From Vitrella brassicaformis CCMP3155 (taxonomy: Eukaryota > Protista > Chromerida), in assembly GCA_001179505.1 (NCBI GenBank), contig CDMY01000499.1, positions 1-64,000 of the forward strand: a DNA stretch of 64,000 bases. Reading direction: 5' to 3'. A model generated the notes under the pieces. It saw only the letters and a program-made list of their open reading frames with translations. It had not been told where the DNA came from and did no database searches. The translations under genes and the position numbers were made by a program. Below, piece by piece: positions 58,842-64,000 of this stretch (position 1 is its first letter; each line of letters opens with the position of its first letter).

Positions 58842-60415
58842 ATGGCCGCGGTTGCTGAATCATGTCCTCAGCCCGAGGATCCCATCGTGGTCAAGAAGCA
58901 GCAGTCGCCCGATATGACGATTCGCAGCGAATCCACCGCTGAGACGTCCGTTGACGCTGCGTCAGCCAATCACAGCACGGAGGACTTCAACCCCTTCATG
59001 AATGCGGCCATCTCGAGCGCTCTGGCGGGGGTGCATCAGGAGCACGGGGGACCGTTCGGCGCCTGCATCGTCAAGAACGGGGTCATCGTAGCCTGCAGTC
59101 ACAACATGGTGCCCACCAACCTCGACCCGACCTGCCACGCAGAGATGAACTGCATCAGACAGGCCTGCAAGGTGACTGACACGACACGCTCACACAGAAA
59201 GGAAGAGTCGGAGTGAGAAAAGAGAGAGTGAGTAAGAGAAAGTCATCGGGGGCTGGATGTTTCTGTCTGTCTGTTTGTCTGTTTCTTGTGTGGGTATCCA
59301 TCCAGGCGTTGAGCACTCACGATTTGTCGTGTTGCGAGTTGTACACGACGTGTGAGCCGTGCCCCATGTGCTGGGGGGCGGCCAATTGGGCGCGTTTGAG
59401 GAAGATCCATATCGGGTGCACCCGCCAGACCGCGGCCAAGTACGGCTTCGACGACGAGTTCTTCTACCAGGAGCTGGACCTGCCCCACGACAAGCGGGCC
59501 ATCAAACACATGAAGGGCATCATGTCCGACCAGGTAGGTGCACAGACAGCAACATACTCCTGGAGCGAGGGATGTGGGACTCACCCTCTCTCCCTCTCTC
59601 CCTCTCTCCCTCTGTCTGTTGATTGCTGGATGGATCCATATATCTCTCAGGTTCGTAAGGTGTTTGAGGAGTCGCACACGTACAAGAAGCGTCTGCGATC
59701 TGGCGGCGGCATCTTGGCCAAGATCTACCAGCAGATGTTCCTCGACGACGACAGCATCACGCCGAGTGACGACGGCAAGGGCCAGGGGATGACCTGCACC
59801 GACGAGTGGATGCAGGCGGCCATCGAGGTGGCCCTCGAGGGGCAGCGCAAGGGCGAGAGCAAGGAGCGGGAGCCATTCGGGGCGATCGTCGTCAAGGACG
59901 GGGTCATCGTGGGCCGCGGCTACAACACCGTCCTGCGGGATGACGACCCCACCGCCACAGCGGAGGTCAACGCCATACGCGCCGCATGCAAAGTCGAAAA
60001 CTCATACAAACTCGTGGTAAGTCACTCACTCAGTCAGTGGACTGACTCGGTGTGGTGGGGTAGAGAGACAGAAGAAAGAAAGGGCAAGAGACTCAAACCA
60101 CACGACTGACTGCATGAATGGAATGCGCGTGTTTGTTGTCTGTCGCATGGCATGTAGGACCACGAGCTGTACACGACGACGGAGCCCGACCCGATGTCTT
60201 TGGGAGCCATCTACTGGGCGCGGCTCAACGCCATCCACATTGGCGTGTCGCAGAAGCTGGCTGCGGCCTTCGGCCACCCCGACGGGCTGCTGCACTACAA
60301 GGAGCTCGAGACGGATTTCAAGGAGCGGGCCATCGAGAGTGAGTGGAACGTCATGGCCGATGGATGCGAGAACGTCTTCAAGTCATGGAAGAAACTCCAG
60401 GGCATCCTCTACTGA
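58842..60415 (+). CDS. Two-domain CDA-superfamily deaminase (guanine/guanosine deaminase-like); domain 1 intact, domain 2 lacks zinc ligands
   Basis: Domain 1: GGPFGA, DPTCHAEMNCIR, EPCPMCWGA, GFDD. Domain 2: EPFGA, DPTATAEVNAIR, EPDPMSLGA. 4 exons. Confidence 0.93.
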
Positions 60416-61757
60416 CCATGACGTGACGCATGGGAAGGGAGGGAGGGAGGGCTGCATGGGGGACTGACTGGTGGGCCTGTCTGTCTGTCTGTCTGTCTGT
60501 CTGGGTGACAAACAAACATCCCATCTGACCAGTTTTTAAGGGCAGTCGATGCTCACCGCGGCGGTTGGATTCAATCGCTCTGCTCTGCGTCGTGGACTGA
60601 TGGATGGGCGAATGCTTGCCTGCCTGCCTGCCAGCCACTCTGTGTGTGTGTGTGTGTGTGTGTGTTGGTTTGTGCGTGTCTGTGTGTAAAGAAAATGTCC
60701 ACTTTTGCCTCCCTCATTTTGCCTCATTGTGATCTGTCTGCATACAATACTTGTCTTTGTGCTTTCTTTCTTTTCCGATGCGCACACATGACGCTGGTCT
60801 GTCTGTCTGTCTGTCTATCTGTCCGTACGCGGACACCGCGTCAGCCAGGCCAGGTCAGGTCGTGTGTGATGTGAGTGCCTGCCTGCCTGCATATCGGCCG
60901 GGGCTGGCGGAGAACAGAGCAGCATTTTGGCAATCACTGAGTGAGTGAGGAGAGGACCACTATCTATCTATGTGTCTCTTCTTCCCCTATCTATCCTCTT
61001 CTCTTTCGCTGCTCTCTCTCCCAACCAAACAGCCTGCCAGCCTGCCTGCATCTCTGTGAATTTTTCCTCAAGACCGACTTATGCGATGGATGAACCTCTG
61101 TGTGGGTATCTCTGCCGTGTGCTGCTATATGCGCATTCACAAATTTCGCAAACCCAACGCATCCTTAGTGGTTGGCTGAGCACCTCAGCGGAGGCAAAGC
61201 CAGTGCAATGCAGCATGAATGGTGTGCAAGTGCCGGTCGTCATCGTCTGCTGCTGTGTTGTCTCCCGTCAGGGTCGTGTGATGGCGGGCACAGCCGCTGC
61301 GCGAGCTGCCCTTCTACGAGCGATTCTTGTTCATAGTTTGCAGGCGGTCCTTCCCCTGTTCCATCATGTCGCCATGCCCACGCACACGAGGCAGTGCAGG
61401 TGGTCTCCGCCACAGTCCGTCGGCCCCACCTCCACCCAACAAAGAGATAGACACAGCCGGGGAGGAGGGCGACAGACACAGCGGGGGGCAGCAGAAAAGA
61501 GCAAGCACGCTTCAGCGGCACACCCTTAGCTACTGGCTGCAGTCAGTCATGGGCCAGAGGGTCGTGCGGGCATTGGTCGGCGGTTATATACAGACTGAAT
61601 ATAAAAGAGTCACAAAAGTGTGGCTGTCGAGAATCTGGCCCTGGCACTCATGGACTTGACACAGACACAGCTGTGCGCGCCTTCGACAGACCAAGTCTAT
61701 CTTTATCTCTCTCCCTGTCCCCTGTCCTATCCTGCACCTGTTCCCAGCTGTCTACAG

Positions 61758-62794
61758 CTACTCGGCGAGTGGTTCCGCTGCCTCGTCGTCGGCTGGTCGG
61801 TGCCTCCTCTGAGTGACGCGCCGCCACCACTTGGCCAAAGCAGGTGCGTTGTCTCTCTGCCACTCGGCCTCCTTCTCGGGCGACCACAGCGGACCTACAC
61901 ACACACACACACACACACATGGAAAGAGAGAGGGTCGATTGCCGATGCGTTCCTGTCTGCATCTTGTGTGCCTCGTGTGGTCCGTGAGTGAGTGGGTGCA
62001 TGTGTCCGTCCCGTCCTCACCGAGCCAGAGTGCGTATGCCTGGTGATGGTGCGCCTGGATGGGCCGTAACCCACATCTCACTGTGTCTACGAACCGCATC
62101 AGCCTGTTGCTCTCGAGTCCCTGCTCCCGAAGCTCCTTCCATATGAGCCGCATAGCATAGTCGTTGGCAAACCGCGGTGAGCCACCGGACGCACAGTACA
62201 TCTCGTACTCGGGCAAGCGACATATTTTGGGTTCCTTGTCCATGTAGTACACAAGGACGTCCTTGTAGCCATCAACCTCTTCGGGAAAGGGCCCTCTCCA
62301 CTTGGGCGGGAAACCACGTGGCGGGCGTTGGTCGAGGTCAAACACACGGTGAAAGGAAAAAGGGTAGCGCCACATCGCCTCTCCGAGTCCCCTCTGGAAA
62401 TAAATGCTGAGCACCTGTAACGCACACACACGAGCACAGCAGAGAGGACAGTGATGAATCATTCACTCAATGCCATCCCTCTGATACATCTGCACCATGG
62501 CATCTGCAGCAAGTGCTGAAGATCTGCATGAAGAAACAGACAGGCGCACACGTACTGTACCTCAGAGCTGGATGTGATGTTTTGAGGACCCATGCACGTC
62601 GTCCGTGATTTGATTGTTTGTGCGCGTCGTATTCGCCAAGCACCGTCCCGGATCGTGCTAGGGCTACAGGCTAAGGGTTTCAAACCCTGGAGCCTGAAAC
62701 CCAGTACGCTGACCCTCGAAAACCCTAAACGACAAACCCCACGTTGGCGGTACTTTTCAACCTCATAGCGGGATGGCATTCTCCCGGTGTGCAT
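61758..62794 (-). CDS. Hypothetical multi-exon protein (5' end unresolved)
   Basis: Coding-like exon VLSIYFQRGLGEAMWRYPFSFHRV...LMRFVDT, with smaller flanking exons bounded by GT-AG sites and microsatellite introns. Confidence 0.5.
62402..62702 (-). repeat. Source copy of the inverted fragment at 55076-55342
   Basis: Reverse-complement match to 55076-55342; includes degenerate telomere-like gggttt/aaaccc runs. Confidence 0.9.
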
Positions 62795-64000
62795 CTGGGT
62801 GATGCTGGCCTATTTTCCTCTGCCAGTGGTCGTGTGGTGCTCCGCCAGTGCCATCCTGCGGGGGGCACACAGTCTCCCGAGCGGCAGCCATGCTTTCATC
62901 ATCGTCGGGCCGATGCAGGGTGGAATCATCCGGCGCCGGCAAGGTACATACGTGGATCCGCATCCCGATGCTTGTGTGCGTCAACGAGAAAGCGTGATCA
63001 CACGATGGACGAATGGATTGTGGTGACAAAATATGGCCATATCGCATGGTTTGACTCAGGTCATGCTGGTCAATGATGGTGTGCTTCTGACGCCGGACAA
63101 GGAAAAAACCAGTGTAGGTCAACACGCCGCAAAGGGAAACAGATGCATGCGTGTGCGTAGACGGTGTCCTGTGCGGCATTTGCAATACAGGCGATGAGGT
63201 CTCGTGTGCGTCGGCTGCGAAAACACAGCACACAGGTACGTTCTTTATACGGATGTGCAGCGATACAGCCACTGCAGTCAAGCTGACTAGAATCGCATCT
63301 CTTGGTGCTTGTGGTGTGCGCCAGGTCATGAGGGCTGCTGGGGGGGATAGCACGAGTGAGGTCCTCCCTGGAGGCGTCACAAATGCGACCACCACCACAA
63401 GTGCGACCGATCAGACCAAAGGCCCCACCGGTGGGGACACCACAACGTTCCCCAGTCATTGTGGGCGTGCGTGTGGTTCGCTGTCGTTGCAGATATTGCG
63501 ACACCGTTGAGCCAGCTCGTCGGAACCTTACCGAAGTGGAGGAGCAGCTCGTCGCGAGCTTTGCCGCACTGAGGGACGAGATCGCCGAAATGAGGGGCGA
63601 TCGCCAAAATGAGGGGCGAGATCGGAGACGTGATTTACATGCTCGAGGTCACGCAGAGGATCAAGAGTCAGCGTTCTCGCAAGTCCCGATCGAAGAGAAA
63701 GGGGTAACTGCGACCAGCACTCTCGATTCATTCTACGGGGCGTTTGGTTTGCTTCGTAGGGGGGCAGAGGTGGGATGAAGATGCTACATGGGTCGAGCTA
63801 GACGGGCTTATATGCGTTGACTCGGCTGACTGCGAGGGCGTGATTGACGGTCTCATGTATGTCGAACACGACAACGCAGATCCAAAACGACCACAGCCAT
63901 AGATCCAAAGGCTGCGGGGAGCGAGATCGGCGCAGTTGGCTAGGTTTTCAGAAGTCCATCTAATGATAGACCCACACAATAATTCATGGATTGAGACATA

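Noticed and set aside
63356-63778. 140-aa ORF with a coiled-coil-like stretch and a 13-bp duplication
   Set aside because: No motif or splice support; may be a fragment, but it is not callable.
1-64000. Many short ORFs translating as THTHT, CVCVC, RQTDRQ, SLSLS
   Set aside because: Translations of intronic or intergenic microsatellites.
1-64000. tRNA, rRNA or other structured ncRNA genes
   Set aside because: None recognised by eye; a tRNAscan-SE/Infernal run would be needed to exclude them.

Overview
This is intron-rich eukaryotic DNA, so the ORF track is fragmented by introns and full of microsatellite-derived false ORFs. It has GT-AG introns, (GT)n/(CTGT)n/(ATGG)n microsatellites, three 300-N gaps, and proteins with signal-plus-Phe bipartite leaders. 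The style suggests a photosynthetic alveolate such as the chromerid Vitrella; this is inference and was not checked. (1) 0.2-5.9 kb: a tyrosine-recombinase retrotransposon (gag, RT-RNaseH, YR, perfect 100-bp split direct repeats). It has a host-like splice donor at 973 that would fuse Gag in frame to Pol at acceptor 1893, and a TGATG stop/start overlap between pol and YR. (2) 6-13.5 kb: four host genes (bipartite-leader orphan, secreted EF-hand protein, two hypothetical proteins). (3) 15-44.4 kb: a cluster of mosaic cell-surface protein genes. Three paralogs share a DDECG(W/F)FxY(A/S)(K/R)PECxDTILSIV juxtamembrane/TM module but carry different ectodomains: LysM; beta-helix + Cys repeat + 2 Ig-like + bacterial RTX beta-roll; and that same set plus a Cys-rich domain and a 7-blade FG-GAP-like propeller. 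A fourth gene encodes a propeller-Sushi-3xEGF-LRR-Cys-rich-multi-TM receptor. Several modules sit on symmetric phase-1 exons, and all four genes carry frame or splice lesions. A CH25H-like hydroxylase lies inside the cluster. (4) 44.4-64 kb: a three-member plastid-targeted orphan family (its third member is the truncated copy at 31.7 kb), a tandem retropepsin-like gene pair, a patchwork of locally copied fragments, an Mpv17/PMP22 gene, and a two-domain deaminase whose second domain lacks its zinc ligands. No rRNA, tRNA or CRISPR array was recognised. All gene models were spliced by hand, and domain calls rest on motif recognition, not database searches.
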